From an uncultured bacterium (GTDB lineage: Bacteria > Krumholzibacteriota > Krumholzibacteriia > LZORAL124-64-63), in contig CAVSGO010000007.1 in assembly GCA_963727525.1 (NCBI GenBank), positions 1,696,001 to 1,760,000 of the forward strand: 64,000 nt of DNA, in the 5' to 3' direction. This document shows, piece by piece, positions 32,780-42,169 of the stretch. The notes under the pieces are model-generated. The model had not been told where the DNA came from. It made no database searches and saw only the letters and a list, made by a program, of their open reading frames with translations. The translations under genes and the position numbers were made by a program. Every line of letters begins with the position of its first letter. Within the stretch, counting starts at the first letter, position 1.

Positions 32780-33685
32780 TCACTCGGCGCCAGATCGCGC
32801 CACAGGCGGCGGCAGCTTCGCGATGTTCCGTACGGCGGCGATCACCGCATCCGGCTGCTCCTCCTGGATGAAGTGCCCGGCGCCGACCACGTCGATGACG
32901 CGGACGTCGCGCAGGCCGTGCGTGAGCACCGTGATCTCCTCGGGATCGAGCCCACCCTCGTGCTCGGCGGTGCCGCGCAGCACACGCACGGGAATCGTAA
33001 TCTCCCCCAGGTGCGGCGCGATGGCCGCAGGTTCGATCTGCTCGGACATGGCGAGGAAGGCGTTGAGGGTCGCGGCGAGATCGCGGCCCGGTCCGCGCAG
33101 GTACTGACGCACGGTAGCGCGGTCTATCCAGCTCGCGTCGCCGGAGCAGGCCTCGAGATCGTCCGCGTAGCGACGGCGCACGATCTCCGCGCCACCGACC
33201 GCGGTCACGAATTTCGCGATCTTCAGGCTGCTGCGCATGGTCGGTGTGGTCGCCGACTCCACCGCCCCACCCTCGATGGACACGATGCCCGCCACCAGGT
33301 CGGGCCTGGCGAGAGCCAGTCGCAGGGCCATGCCCGTGGCCACGCCCTGACTCACGACCACGACCGCGCGCAACCCCAGGGAATCGGCCACGGCCGCCAG
33401 GCGCGCCGTCTGCGCCGCCAGCGTGTAGTCGGCGTCACCCGGCCGGGCCGACTGCCCGATGCCCAGAGGTTCCACGGACACCGTGCGGCAGCCGTCATCG
33501 GCGAGACCCGCGATCACGCGGCGGTAGCTATAGGTGCACCCCGCGAGCCCCGGCACGAGCAGTGCGGTGGGCGTGTCGGGAGCGCCGGTCACCGTGACGG
33601 CGAGCGTCTCTCCTGGCGCCACCGGGACCATCACGGGATCGGCCATGGCGGCGAGGCCGACAAGGGCGAGAGTGGCGATTAGCAT
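32780..33685 (-). CDS. Exported alpha/beta-hydrolase fold protein lacking the canonical nucleophile
   Basis: LVPGLAG, EPLGIGQS, GAGHFIQEEQP; nucleophile elbow reads SQGVA instead of GxSxG. Confidence 0.8.
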   Translation of the reverse strand: MLIATLALVGLAAMADPVMVPVAPGETLAVTVTGAPDTPTALLVPGLAGCTYSYRRVIAGLADDGCRTVSVEPLGIGQSARPGDADYTLAAQTARLAAVADSLGLRAVVVVSQGVATGMALRLALARPDLVAGIVSIEGGAVESATTPTMRSSLKIAKFVTAVGGAEIVRRRYADDLEACSGDASWIDRATVRQYLRGPGRDLAATLNAFLAMSEQIEPAAIAPHLGEITIPVRVLRGTAEHEGGLDPEEITVLTHGLRDVRVIDVVGAGHFIQEEQPDAVIAAVRNIAKLPPPVARSGAE

Positions 33686-33929
33686 GGCGCCTCCAGTGAC
33701 CGAGACGGGGCCGCGACGGCGGCACCGACGATGCATCGCCGCACATGAGGCCATGATCAATTGCAGGTGACGATCGTGTCAATCCCCCTGCGGTGTAGAC
33801 AGCCACGCCGATAACGACGCTTGTCATTTGTACGAACCTGTGGGATACCCCGCCAGGAACGGTCCAGTTCCGGCCGGCGGTCGCCGCGCCCGTCGAACCG
33901 TTGACGAGAACATCGAAAGGAGCACAGTC

Positions 33930-35255
33930 GTGAATGCGAACTCGTTGCGCAGCCGCCCCCATCTCGGATGGGCGGCCTCGCTCGTGGCGTGCGTGGTCAT
34001 CGCGAGTACCGGTGTCGCCCACGCCCAGACAGGTGTCTACACGCTGGACGCCGCCACGGCTGCGGAGACGGGGCAGACCTACGCCGCCACGGCGACGGAT
34101 GAGTCGGCCATCTACGTCCTCAACCAGGCCAACCTCACTCTCACGGACTGCACGATGACGAAGACCGGTGATGCCTCCGACATCGCTCACAGCGACGAGT
34201 TCGGAGTCAACGCCGGCGTGCTGGCCGATTCGGGCGGATCCGTCGCCCTCGTGGGCGGCTCGGTGACGACGAACGCCGTCGGCGCCGGCGGCCTCTTCGC
34301 CTCCGGCGCCGGCTCGTCGATATCGATGGCGAATGGCACGCTGGAGACCAGCGGCATCAGTTCGCCCGGCGTGAGCGCCACCCACGAGGCCACGGCCACC
34401 CTCACGGACGTGGACGTGACCACACACGGCTCGAGCGCGACGGCGCTGGACTGCCACGACGCGAGCGGGCAGGTGAGCGTCACAGGCGGTACCATCATGG
34501 CCACCGCGGACGCTTCCCGCAGTCACGCATTCGGGATCTACTCGGCTGGCCTGGTCACCGTGACCGACGCCACCGTGTCGTCCGGCGGCGACTGCGGCGG
34601 CCTGATCGACGGCGCCGCCACCATCGCCCTGACGAACGCCAGCCTCACCGGAGCCCTGCACGGCATCAAGATCTGGAGTGCCGCCGCCACGGAAGACGAC
34701 GCGACTGTGACCATGGAGGCCGGTTCGCTCACGGCTCAGAACGGCGATGCCATCTTCGTGTCGGGCCAGGCCGGCAGCCCGGTCTCGGCAGCGATCACCC
34801 TGAGCGCGAGCGCGGCGATCACCGCCAGCACCGGCCGCATTATCCACGTCATGCAGGCCAGCAGCGCCAATGTCGTCGCTGATGCCGTATCGCTGACGGG
34901 CGACTTCGTCGCCGACGACACGAGCCAGCTCGATCTCACGCTGCAGTCCGGCACCACGCTATTTGGCGTGGTCTCGGGCGCGAGCCTGCACTTCGCCGAC
35001 ACCAGCCAGTGGACCGTCACCGACGAGTCGCACGTCGCCGTGTTCGAGGATGCGGGCGGCATCTCCGGCACCAGTGTCACCAACGTTACCGGCAACGGGA
35101 ACACGGTCTACTACGACGACAATCTCCCCGGAAACGCCGACCTCGGCGGCCTCACCTACGACCTCGTGAACGGCGGCACGCTCAGACCCGAGCAGGCGCA
35201 GCCGGTGGAATCCACCGACTGGGGCACCGTCAAGTCGCTCTTCGCGAACCCCTGA
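33930..35255 (+). CDS. Secreted beta-helix (autotransporter passenger-like) protein with C-terminal WGTVKSLF motif
   Basis: GTG after AAAGGAG; signal peptide ending AHA; Thr/Ser/Gly-rich repeats; WTVTDES; C-terminal ESTDWGTVKSLFANP. Confidence 0.8.
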   Translation: MNANSLRSRPHLGWAASLVACVVIASTGVAHAQTGVYTLDAATAAETGQTYAATATDESAIYVLNQANLTLTDCTMTKTGDASDIAHSDEFGVNAGVLADSGGSVALVGGSVTTNAVGAGGLFASGAGSSISMANGTLETSGISSPGVSATHEATATLTDVDVTTHGSSATALDCHDASGQVSVTGGTIMATADASRSHAFGIYSAGLVTVTDATVSSGGDCGGLIDGAATIALTNASLTGALHGIKIWSAAATEDDATVTMEAGSLTAQNGDAIFVSGQAGSPVSAAITLSASAAITASTGRIIHVMQASSANVVADAVSLTGDFVADDTSQLDLTLQSGTTLFGVVSGASLHFADTSQWTVTDESHVAVFEDAGGISGTSVTNVTGNGNTVYYDDNLPGNADLGGLTYDLVNGGTLRPEQAQPVESTDWGTVKSLFANP

Positions 35256-35279
35256 CGCGCAATAACCGGCCGCCAACGC

Positions 35280-35307
35280 CGAAGGGCACCCTTGCGGGTG
35301 CCCTTCG
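35280..35307. terminator. Hairpin between convergent genes, probable bidirectional terminator
   Basis: CGAAGGGCACCC-TTGC-GGGTGCCCTTCG, perfect 12-bp stem. Confidence 0.75.
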
Positions 35308-35331
35308 TGTTGCCCGGTACCGGTTGTGCAC

Positions 35332-36918
35332 CTAGACGTCGAATTCCACGCCCTGGGCCAGGTGGACCTCGCCGCCCCAGTTCAGGGTGTTCGTCTGCCG
35401 CCGCATGTACATCTTCCAGCTATCACTGCCCGACTCGCGGCCGCCGCCGGTCTCCTTCTCGCCGCCGAAGGCGCCGCCGATCTCCGCGCCCGACGTGCCG
35501 ATGTTGACGTTGGCGATACCACAGTCGCTGCCGAGGTAGCTGAGGAAGCCCTCGGCCTCGGCGACGCTGTCGGTGAAGACTGCCGAGCTGAGACCCTGCG
35601 GCACGTCGTTGTGCATCGCCAGAGCCTGCTCGTACTTGCGGTACTTCATCACATAGACGATGGGCGCGAACGTCTCGGTCTGCACGATCGGCTGCTTGCC
35701 GTCGATCTCCACGATCGTCGGCAGCACGAAGGTGCGCCGGCCGAAGGGCGGCTCGAGCACCTTGCCGCCGAAAAGCACCTTGCCGCTCTGTTTCTTCACC
35801 GCGACGATGGCTGCCTCGTAGTCCTTCACCGCGCCCTCGTCGATCAGCGGGCCCATCAGCGTGTCCGGGTGCAGGGGGTCGCCGATATTCACCCTCTTGT
35901 AGAGGCCGATGAGCTTCTTCAGGTACGCGTCGTAGATCGACTCATGGATGATCAGGCGGCGCGTTGACGTGCAGCGCTGACCGGCCGTGCCCACGGCGCC
36001 GAAGAACGCACTCGCCAGAGCGCCCTTCATGTCGCACCTCTCGCTGATGATGATCGCATTGTTACCACCCAGCTCGAGGATGCTACGACCCAGCCGTTGA
36101 CCGACGATGCCACCGATGCGCTGGCCCATGCGCGTGGAACCGGTGGCCGAGATCAAGGGCACGCGATGGTCGGCGATGAGCTTCTCCCCCACGCTGGCGC
36201 CACGGCCGATGATCACGCTGCTGATGCCCTCGGGCAGACCGTTGGCTTTGAGCACGTCGTGCATGATGTTCTGGCAGGCGACGGCGCACAACGGCGTCTT
36301 GCTCGACGGCTTCCACACGGCCACATCGCCGCAGACCCAGGCCAGCGCGGTGTTCCAGGCCCAGACGGCCACGGGAAAATTGAACGCCGTCACCACGCCC
36401 ACCACGCCCAGCGGATGCCACTGCTCCATCATGCGGTGCTTCGGCCGCTCGCTCTGCAGCGTGGGGCCGCTGAGGGTGCGGCTCAGGCCCACAGCATAGT
36501 CGCAGATGTCGATCATCTCCTGCACCTCGCCCAGGCCCTCGGTGTGGATCTTGCCCATCTCCAGACTCACGAGGGCGCCGAGCGCGGCTTTCTTCGCTCG
36601 CAGGCGCTCGCCGAGCTGACGGACGATCTCGCCGCGCTTGGGCGCCGGGATCGCGCGCCACGCCACGAAAGCCTCGGTGGCCTTGGCCATGACCCTCTCG
36701 TAGTCGTCGTCGCCGGCCTGCTCGATCTTCGCCAGCAACTCGCCGGTGGTGGGGCTGTGCGACGCGATCCAGTCCTTGCTGGCGGCGAACCAGGCGCCGC
36801 CACAGCTCGCGCCGGGGAGCTTGGCACTCAGGCCCAGCTCCTTGAAGATCTTCGCCTTGGACATGACCGTCGCGGGTTTCTTCGTTGCGGTCTTCTTCGC
36901 CACCGTCTTCTTCGCCAT
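35332..36918 (-). CDS. ALDH7-family aldehyde dehydrogenase (alpha-aminoadipate semialdehyde / P6C dehydrogenase)
   Basis: GEVQEMIDICD, SERP.HRMMEQWHPLG, AFNFPVAVW, LELGGNNA, GTAGQRCT, GAEIGGAFGGEKETGGGRESGSD. Confidence 0.92.
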   Translation of the reverse strand: MAKKTVAKKTATKKPATVMSKAKIFKELGLSAKLPGASCGGAWFAASKDWIASHSPTTGELLAKIEQAGDDDYERVMAKATEAFVAWRAIPAPKRGEIVRQLGERLRAKKAALGALVSLEMGKIHTEGLGEVQEMIDICDYAVGLSRTLSGPTLQSERPKHRMMEQWHPLGVVGVVTAFNFPVAVWAWNTALAWVCGDVAVWKPSSKTPLCAVACQNIMHDVLKANGLPEGISSVIIGRGASVGEKLIADHRVPLISATGSTRMGQRIGGIVGQRLGRSILELGGNNAIIISERCDMKGALASAFFGAVGTAGQRCTSTRRLIIHESIYDAYLKKLIGLYKRVNIGDPLHPDTLMGPLIDEGAVKDYEAAIVAVKKQSGKVLFGGKVLEPPFGRRTFVLPTIVEIDGKQPIVQTETFAPIVYVMKYRKYEQALAMHNDVPQGLSSAVFTDSVAEAEGFLSYLGSDCGIANVNIGTSGAEIGGAFGGEKETGGGRESGSDSWKMYMRRQTNTLNWGGEVHLAQGVEFDV

Positions 36919-36941
36919 CGTGTCCGCTCCTTTGTCACACG

Positions 36942-38258
36942 TCACAGGGTCCGAGATTCTTCCTCGCAGATGATATCGAGATCGGCCAGCCCGGCCAGGA
37001 CGGGACCGTAGAACTCCGGCGTTACCGGCCGCACCACGCCTCGCGCGGCGATTTGGCCGCGCAGGATGAGGTCGGCCCCCAGCGCCACCGGCAGCGACAC
37101 CGTGCGCGCCATGCTCGAGAACTCGGGCGTGCCGAAGTCCACGAGGCGCGACGTGATCTTTTCACGGTGACCGTCGGGGAAGTCGGCCAGGAAATGGTGC
37201 ACCATCACCAGCATGTCGCGCTCGCCGGGCTGGTAGCGCAGCTTCTCCAGCATGAGACGGCCGAGGGCGTCGAGTGGGCTTATACGGTCGGCGCCCACCG
37301 GGCGATCGGAGAAGTAACCCAGCCAGTGCAGGTTCCACGGCGGCAAGGCGTCGGCCGGCGTCTCCATGCGGCGCGCCGCCGCATGGCGCGGATCCTCGCC
37401 CTCCCGGAACCCGAGCAGCACGGCGGCGAGCTGCGCGTAGGTCATGCCGGCCGTGTCGACCGGCTCCAGCTCGAGCAGCCCCGCCTTGCGGAAACAATAC
37501 ATCGTGTCGCACCAGCCCATGTTGCGCAGCGTGGCGCGCAGCATCGTGCGGATGCCCTGCAGGCCGTATACGTCGATGTAGCTGAGCGAGTCACGATTGG
37601 GATACGCCTCGAAGTCGCCGGCGCCGGGCACGTGCAGCAGGTGCATGTCGCGGAACAGGCGCCCGGGCGCGATCTCCACGCGGTCGCCGTCCAGCAGGTA
37701 CTCGGCGCCATTGCGGCTGGCCATGAGTACGCCGCGTGGCGCCCACGAGAACTTGTAGCCGAAGGGATTGTCATTCGCGTCGGGTGCCGGCAAGCCGCCG
37801 CAATAGGACCGAAACTCGCGGATCGTGCCACCGCGTGCGCGCACATCGTCGATCACTCGCATGGCGCTCATGTGGTCGATGCCCGGATCCACGCCGATCT
37901 CGTTCAGGAACACGAGGTCGGCCGCGCGTGCCTCGGCATCGAGGGCCGCCATCGCTGGCGCAACGTAGCTCGCCGTCACCATGGGCTTGCGATGGCGCAG
38001 GCAGAGCCGCGCCACCTCGGGATGCAGCGTCGGCGGCAGCAGGCTCACCGCGAGGTCGCAGCCGGCGACGAGCTTCTCCACGGTCTCCTGATCGGAGAAG
38101 TCGAGTGCCAGCGGCGCGCCCTGCGGATGGTCGGCGATGAGGCGCACCGCGTCGTCCAGGTCGAGGCTGGTGACGGTGAGCGCGTAGCCCTGCGCCAGCA
38201 GGTAGCGTACCAGTGGGCCGGCCACCATGCCGGCCCCGAGCACGAGGATCCTTTGCAT
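36942..38258 (-). CDS. Saccharopine dehydrogenase (Lys9 / AASS C-terminal type)
   Basis: ILVLGAGMV, VTASY, EIGVDPGIDH, SYCGGLP, YKFSWAP, AYPNRDS, SSMARTV. Confidence 0.92.
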   Translation of the reverse strand: MQRILVLGAGMVAGPLVRYLLAQGYALTVTSLDLDDAVRLIADHPQGAPLALDFSDQETVEKLVAGCDLAVSLLPPTLHPEVARLCLRHRKPMVTASYVAPAMAALDAEARAADLVFLNEIGVDPGIDHMSAMRVIDDVRARGGTIREFRSYCGGLPAPDANDNPFGYKFSWAPRGVLMASRNGAEYLLDGDRVEIAPGRLFRDMHLLHVPGAGDFEAYPNRDSLSYIDVYGLQGIRTMLRATLRNMGWCDTMYCFRKAGLLELEPVDTAGMTYAQLAAVLLGFREGEDPRHAAARRMETPADALPPWNLHWLGYFSDRPVGADRISPLDALGRLMLEKLRYQPGERDMLVMVHHFLADFPDGHREKITSRLVDFGTPEFSSMARTVSLPVALGADLILRGQIAARGVVRPVTPEFYGPVLAGLADLDIICEEESRTL

Positions 38259-38278
38259 GTCTCGCTCCCGCCCGGCGT

Positions 38279-39595
38279 TCAGACGCCCTGCCCGGCGTCC
38301 GCCAGGTGCTTCTCGAGGTAGCCGAATGCCGGCGTCAACTCGCCGCGATGGCAGATCACCGCGCGCTTGAGCGGCGTCGGCAGATCGAGGTGCGCGAAGT
38401 CGCGGTCGAAGTCGCAGGCCGCCAGCGCTGGTACGAAGCCGCGCAGCACGTGGCTGAACGACTCGGAACTCTCGCGCGGCAGCTCGCACGGCAGGTTGTC
38501 CACCGCCATGATCGACGGCCCATCGCCCGCCACGCCGTCGACCAGCGTGTCGGTGGCCGCCACCCAGGTGTAACACGGGTTGTCCGGCATCGTGGGGCGC
38601 ACCGTCAGTTCCACACCACCCTCGATATCGCAGCTGATGTCGCCGATCACCTGCACGCGCTCGCGGCGGCCCTGGCCATAGTGCTCGCGCACCCATTCGC
38701 GCGTGACGAGGCGCGGGTACTGCCCGTTCCAGTATGTCGCATTGATGAGCACGTCCAGGCGCGGCAAATCGTCGGCGAAGGTGCCGCGGTACCGCTCGGG
38801 ATGGCGGTAATACTCCTGCAGGTCGAACGCCGCCTGGCCGGCGGCCGGCACCACCATGTCCGACTCGCGATACGACACCACGACGATGGGCCCGGCGACC
38901 TCGCCCGCCGTCCGCAGCTCGGTGGGCGTCATCTCCGTGTGGGGCAGGCAGCCGAGGATCTCGCGGCAGCCCTGCGCCACGTGGCCATAACCAGCGATAC
39001 CCACCACCAGCGGCTCCGGCAGGCCGAGGCCCTCGCGCGAGATCGTGAGCGCGATCTGCCGCAGGTGCGCCTTGGCGTCGACGAGGTCGTCGTACTTGTA
39101 GGCGTGCTTGATCTCGTCGAGCGGGGTAGCGACGCCCTGCGCGTGCAGCCGCTGCGCCAGGCACCACAGCGTCTCGATCATGCCGGCGTAGCCCGCGTGC
39201 ACGCTGAAAAAAATCAGCCGCCGGCCCAGGTCGTCGGTGATCTTCTCGTAGTCGATGAGCGTGGCGCGAAGATCGAGGAGCCTGCGCAGCATGGGCATGT
39301 TGCGCTGCTGACCCTTGACGGTGTGCGAGAAGTACACGTACGCGCGATTCTCGCGCAGCAGAGCGGTCGGGATCTCCTTCACCGCGAGCACGACGTCGGT
39401 GTCGGGCATGTCATCGTCGAGCGCGCAGCCCGCCGACTCGAACTCGTCGTCGAGGAAAACGCGGTTCGCCGAAGTCTGCACCGTGATCGCCACGCCCTGG
39501 TCGCGCACGAGCGCCGCGGCGTCGGACGGGATCAGCGGCACCCGCCGTTCCCACATGTTCTTGTCTTCTCGACGGATACCCACGGACGCCGCCAT
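38279..39595 (-). CDS. Lysine-ketoglutarate reductase (AASS N-terminal type)
   Basis: GIRREDKNMWERRVPL, VKEIP, FSHTVKGQ, IDYEKI, DISCD, MAVDNLPCELP. Confidence 0.9.
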   Translation of the reverse strand: MAASVGIRREDKNMWERRVPLIPSDAAALVRDQGVAITVQTSANRVFLDDEFESAGCALDDDMPDTDVVLAVKEIPTALLRENRAYVYFSHTVKGQQRNMPMLRRLLDLRATLIDYEKITDDLGRRLIFFSVHAGYAGMIETLWCLAQRLHAQGVATPLDEIKHAYKYDDLVDAKAHLRQIALTISREGLGLPEPLVVGIAGYGHVAQGCREILGCLPHTEMTPTELRTAGEVAGPIVVVSYRESDMVVPAAGQAAFDLQEYYRHPERYRGTFADDLPRLDVLINATYWNGQYPRLVTREWVREHYGQGRRERVQVIGDISCDIEGGVELTVRPTMPDNPCYTWVAATDTLVDGVAGDGPSIMAVDNLPCELPRESSESFSHVLRGFVPALAACDFDRDFAHLDLPTPLKRAVICHRGELTPAFGYLEKHLADAGQGV

Positions 39596-39708
39596 GCTGT
39601 CACCTCCCGGATGAGCGCTCGCAGATGCGGGCGAAGCCCCGCAAAGCTAGGCCGCGGAAAGAGGGAAAGCAAGCGTAGTGACAAGTGCGCAACCGACCGC
39701 AAGCGACA

Positions 39709-40278
39709 TTATGACAGCGCGTTCACGTACCTGGCGATGATCAAATAGACCACGGGAATCACCAGCCCGATCGCCAGCAGTACGCCGCCGCGCCCAGCCA
39801 ACCCCTTGCGCCCCTTCACGAGCAGGATCCCCGTGAGGGCGAGCAGCGCCAGAATCACAGCGAATGCATCGGCGATCCAGGTCCACAGCCCCTTGCCGTG
39901 GTTCAGGTGCAGGAAGTTGACGTCGTGCAGCAGGGGCCGCGGCGCAAGCAGCGTGGCATCCACCTGGCCCGTCGCGAGATCGACATCGTAGGCGCCACTA
40001 TCCACGATCACTCGCAACTGCCCGGGTGATGCGCGCCACACGTTCTTCACCGCCTCGGTGAGCGGAAGCTGCGCGATCACGCGCGTCGCGACCTCGTCGG
40101 TAGGCCCCAGCTCCACGGGTGTAATGGTGAAGTGCACCCGCGTCTGCTCGTAGCTGGGATTGAAGTCGGCTACATGGTTCACGGCCACACCGCTGATCGC
40201 GTAGATCAGCGTGAGCCCCACGACCAGGAACCCCATCTCGCGGTGCAGCCAGCGGCAGATCTTGCGCAATCTGGTCAT
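39709..40278 (-). CDS. PepSY-associated TM helix membrane protein
   Basis: RWLHREMG...YAISG.AVNH; NFLHLNHG; W..IADAFA...LTG. Confidence 0.8.
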   Translation of the reverse strand: MTRLRKICRWLHREMGFLVVGLTLIYAISGVAVNHVADFNPSYEQTRVHFTITPVELGPTDEVATRVIAQLPLTEAVKNVWRASPGQLRVIVDSGAYDVDLATGQVDATLLAPRPLLHDVNFLHLNHGKGLWTWIADAFAVILALLALTGILLVKGRKGLAGRGGVLLAIGLVIPVVYLIIARYVNALS

Positions 40279-40353
40279 ACGTCATTCCCGGCGCATTGAA
40301 CACGACGGGCCCGACCGCCAGGCAGCCGGACCCGTCCCGAGTGAAGACACGAG

Positions 40354-40836
40354 CTAGCTCTGCTTTTGCCGCACGACGGCACCCGTACCCGCGATCTGAT
40401 AGAAGGTGACGCCCTCGGGCGGCACGGCGGCCTTGTCGAACGTCTCGTTCTGACACTTGGCCTCACCCTCGAGATACGCGCATGACTGCTCATAGGACAT
40501 CGGCGTGCCCGTCAAGGTCCCCTCCACGATGACATGCTCCCCGATGATCTCCGGCGGAAAGACGATAACCCCATCTTCCACCTTCAGCATGATTTTCTGG
40601 TACTCCTGATCCGACGCGATCTGGATCCAACATCCCCGCGCCTTGCACACCCCAACGACCGTCCCCTCCACCCGCACCACCTTGTCCAGGTACTGGTCCG
40701 GATGCGCGAGAATCGTGCTCACAAGCGTCGTATCGGTGCTGGATACACCCTTCCCATAAACCTTCTCCGCCGCCTGGGCAAACCCCGCCGCGCCCACCGC
40801 GGCCGCCAGGGCGAGAATCAGCATCATCCGGCGCAT
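40354..40836 (-). CDS. Exported DUF4920-like OB-fold protein
   Basis: Signal peptide; YG; VRVEGTVVGVCKARGCW; YQIAGTG. Confidence 0.72.
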   Translation of the reverse strand: MRRMMLILALAAAVGAAGFAQAAEKVYGKGVSSTDTTLVSTILAHPDQYLDKVVRVEGTVVGVCKARGCWIQIASDQEYQKIMLKVEDGVIVFPPEIIGEHVIVEGTLTGTPMSYEQSCAYLEGEAKCQNETFDKAAVPPEGVTFYQIAGTGAVVRQKQS

Positions 40837-40945
40837 ACCAACCACCTTGTTTCAAGACATGGCGAAACGAAAACCTATCCCCAAACTGGCCCTCGGACGT
40901 CCAGAAATCAAGTCGGGGCGACACAGCCGGCGCAAGCGATGAGTT

Positions 40946-42168
40946 GTGCCAAGAAGAATGTTGACGAGGCTTCGCACCGGGATCTCGCCCGCCAGGCCCG
41001 ACTTTCTCACTACGCGGCGTACGTCAGCTTGTGCCTCCGGTTCACCTTCAATGGCCGCGTCTCGACCCGTCGCCAGTAGTAGTCATCCCACAACGGCGGC
41101 AACTCGATATGCGACACGAACAGCCGCCGCGACAACACCTCCTCCTCGGTCAAGGGCTTCGTGGCGATCCCGATCTGCATCGCCGGCGTGCTCCAGCACC
41201 GCTTCTCCCGACGCAACTTGATCGTGTTGCGCCACACCAGGAAGATCGCCAGCCGGTAGATCGAATGCTGGCGTCGCTTTCCGAACGCGATCGTCTCCCG
41301 CGTGTGGTCTTTCAGACAATGCCGCAGCAACATGTCCAGCAAGTTGACCTCGAACAACGGGTTGCGACTCGTCCGCGGCTCACGGGAGTCGATCGTCTCG
41401 TGGATCACCTTGCAATACCGTAGCTTCGCGATCGCGTAGGGATAGGTCTTGTGCTTGTCGCTCCAGATGTGGGCCTCGGTGGCGCCGTCGAGCGAGACCG
41501 AGAGCACCTCGAGCAGCGCCCGCATCAACGACCTGGGGTCCGGCCGGCCATAGTTTTGTTCAAAGAGGGACCGTTTCCATTTCTGCTCGTCGGTCATCGC
41601 CCCGCTGCGTCGCCGCTCGGCCTCGGCGAAGTGGATGATGAAGCTGGAGGGGCGATCGACGGCCGTGACGATCTCGTAGGGGAAGTACTGGGAGTGCTCG
41701 AAGGTGACGAGCCCGTCAATGGCGATGTCCACGAAGGGTGACGCCTGGGACACCAGGTGTCGATGGAAGAGGATGCAGTGTCGGCCGAGGCGGGCGAGGA
41801 GGTTGTCGACGGTCGTCGGCGAGGTGTCGAGGAGCCTGGCGATCTGGCGATTGGCGGCGCCAGAGACGGCGTGCTTGTGGACCTTGGGCAGGAGATCGGC
41901 GCGTTTGAGCCAGTATGTGGTGCGGAAGGTCTGGTCTGAGCAGGTCCTGCCACAGGCCAGGCAGAGGTAGCGCTGGACGGTGTAGGGCGGGGATTTTCGG
42001 GAGAAGGTGCCGAAGAGCGCGAAGGGCCAGGGTTGCGGCTGAGGCTTGTGGTATTTGCAGTTAGGGTTGGGGCAGTGGGGAGGAAGCGAGGGGCATGAAG
42101 TGAGGGTTTTGGTGTTCATGAGGACGGGTCCAGGCAAGCGCTGGACCGGTCAACATTCTTCGTGGCAC
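40946..42168. mobile_element. Insertion sequence (IS1/IS1595-like), 1223 bp, 20-bp terminal inverted repeats
   Basis: Left GTGCCAAGAAGAATGTTGAC (40946-40965); right GTCAACATTCTTCGTGGCAC (42149-42168); 19/20 match; encloses a transposase-like ORF; no clear TSD. Confidence 0.85.
41010..42119 (-). CDS. Transposase (Zn ribbon + HTH + DD(E/N) core)
   Basis: CPNPNC...QRYLCLAC, RQIARLLDTS.TTV, IDGLVTFEH, WSDKHKTY, TPAMQIGI; alternative TTG start at 42137. Confidence 0.8.
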   Translation of the reverse strand: MNTKTLTSCPSLPPHCPNPNCKYHKPQPQPWPFALFGTFSRKSPPYTVQRYLCLACGRTCSDQTFRTTYWLKRADLLPKVHKHAVSGAANRQIARLLDTSPTTVDNLLARLGRHCILFHRHLVSQASPFVDIAIDGLVTFEHSQYFPYEIVTAVDRPSSFIIHFAEAERRRSGAMTDEQKWKRSLFEQNYGRPDPRSLMRALLEVLSVSLDGATEAHIWSDKHKTYPYAIAKLRYCKVIHETIDSREPRTSRNPLFEVNLLDMLLRHCLKDHTRETIAFGKRRQHSIYRLAIFLVWRNTIKLRREKRCWSTPAMQIGIATKPLTEEEVLSRRLFVSHIELPPLWDDYYWRRVETRPLKVNRRHKLTYAA

Positions 42169-42169
42169 G

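Noticed and set aside
33788-33814. Perfect GCCGATAA upstream of the beta-helix gene
   Set aside because: No matching sigma-28 -35 element at 14-15 nt spacing.
36942-39167. 741-aa ORF suggesting a fused or frameshifted LKR-SDH
   Set aside because: LKR is in another frame with its own stop (38279), and SDH has its own RBS and ATG (38258); the upstream extension is off-frame.
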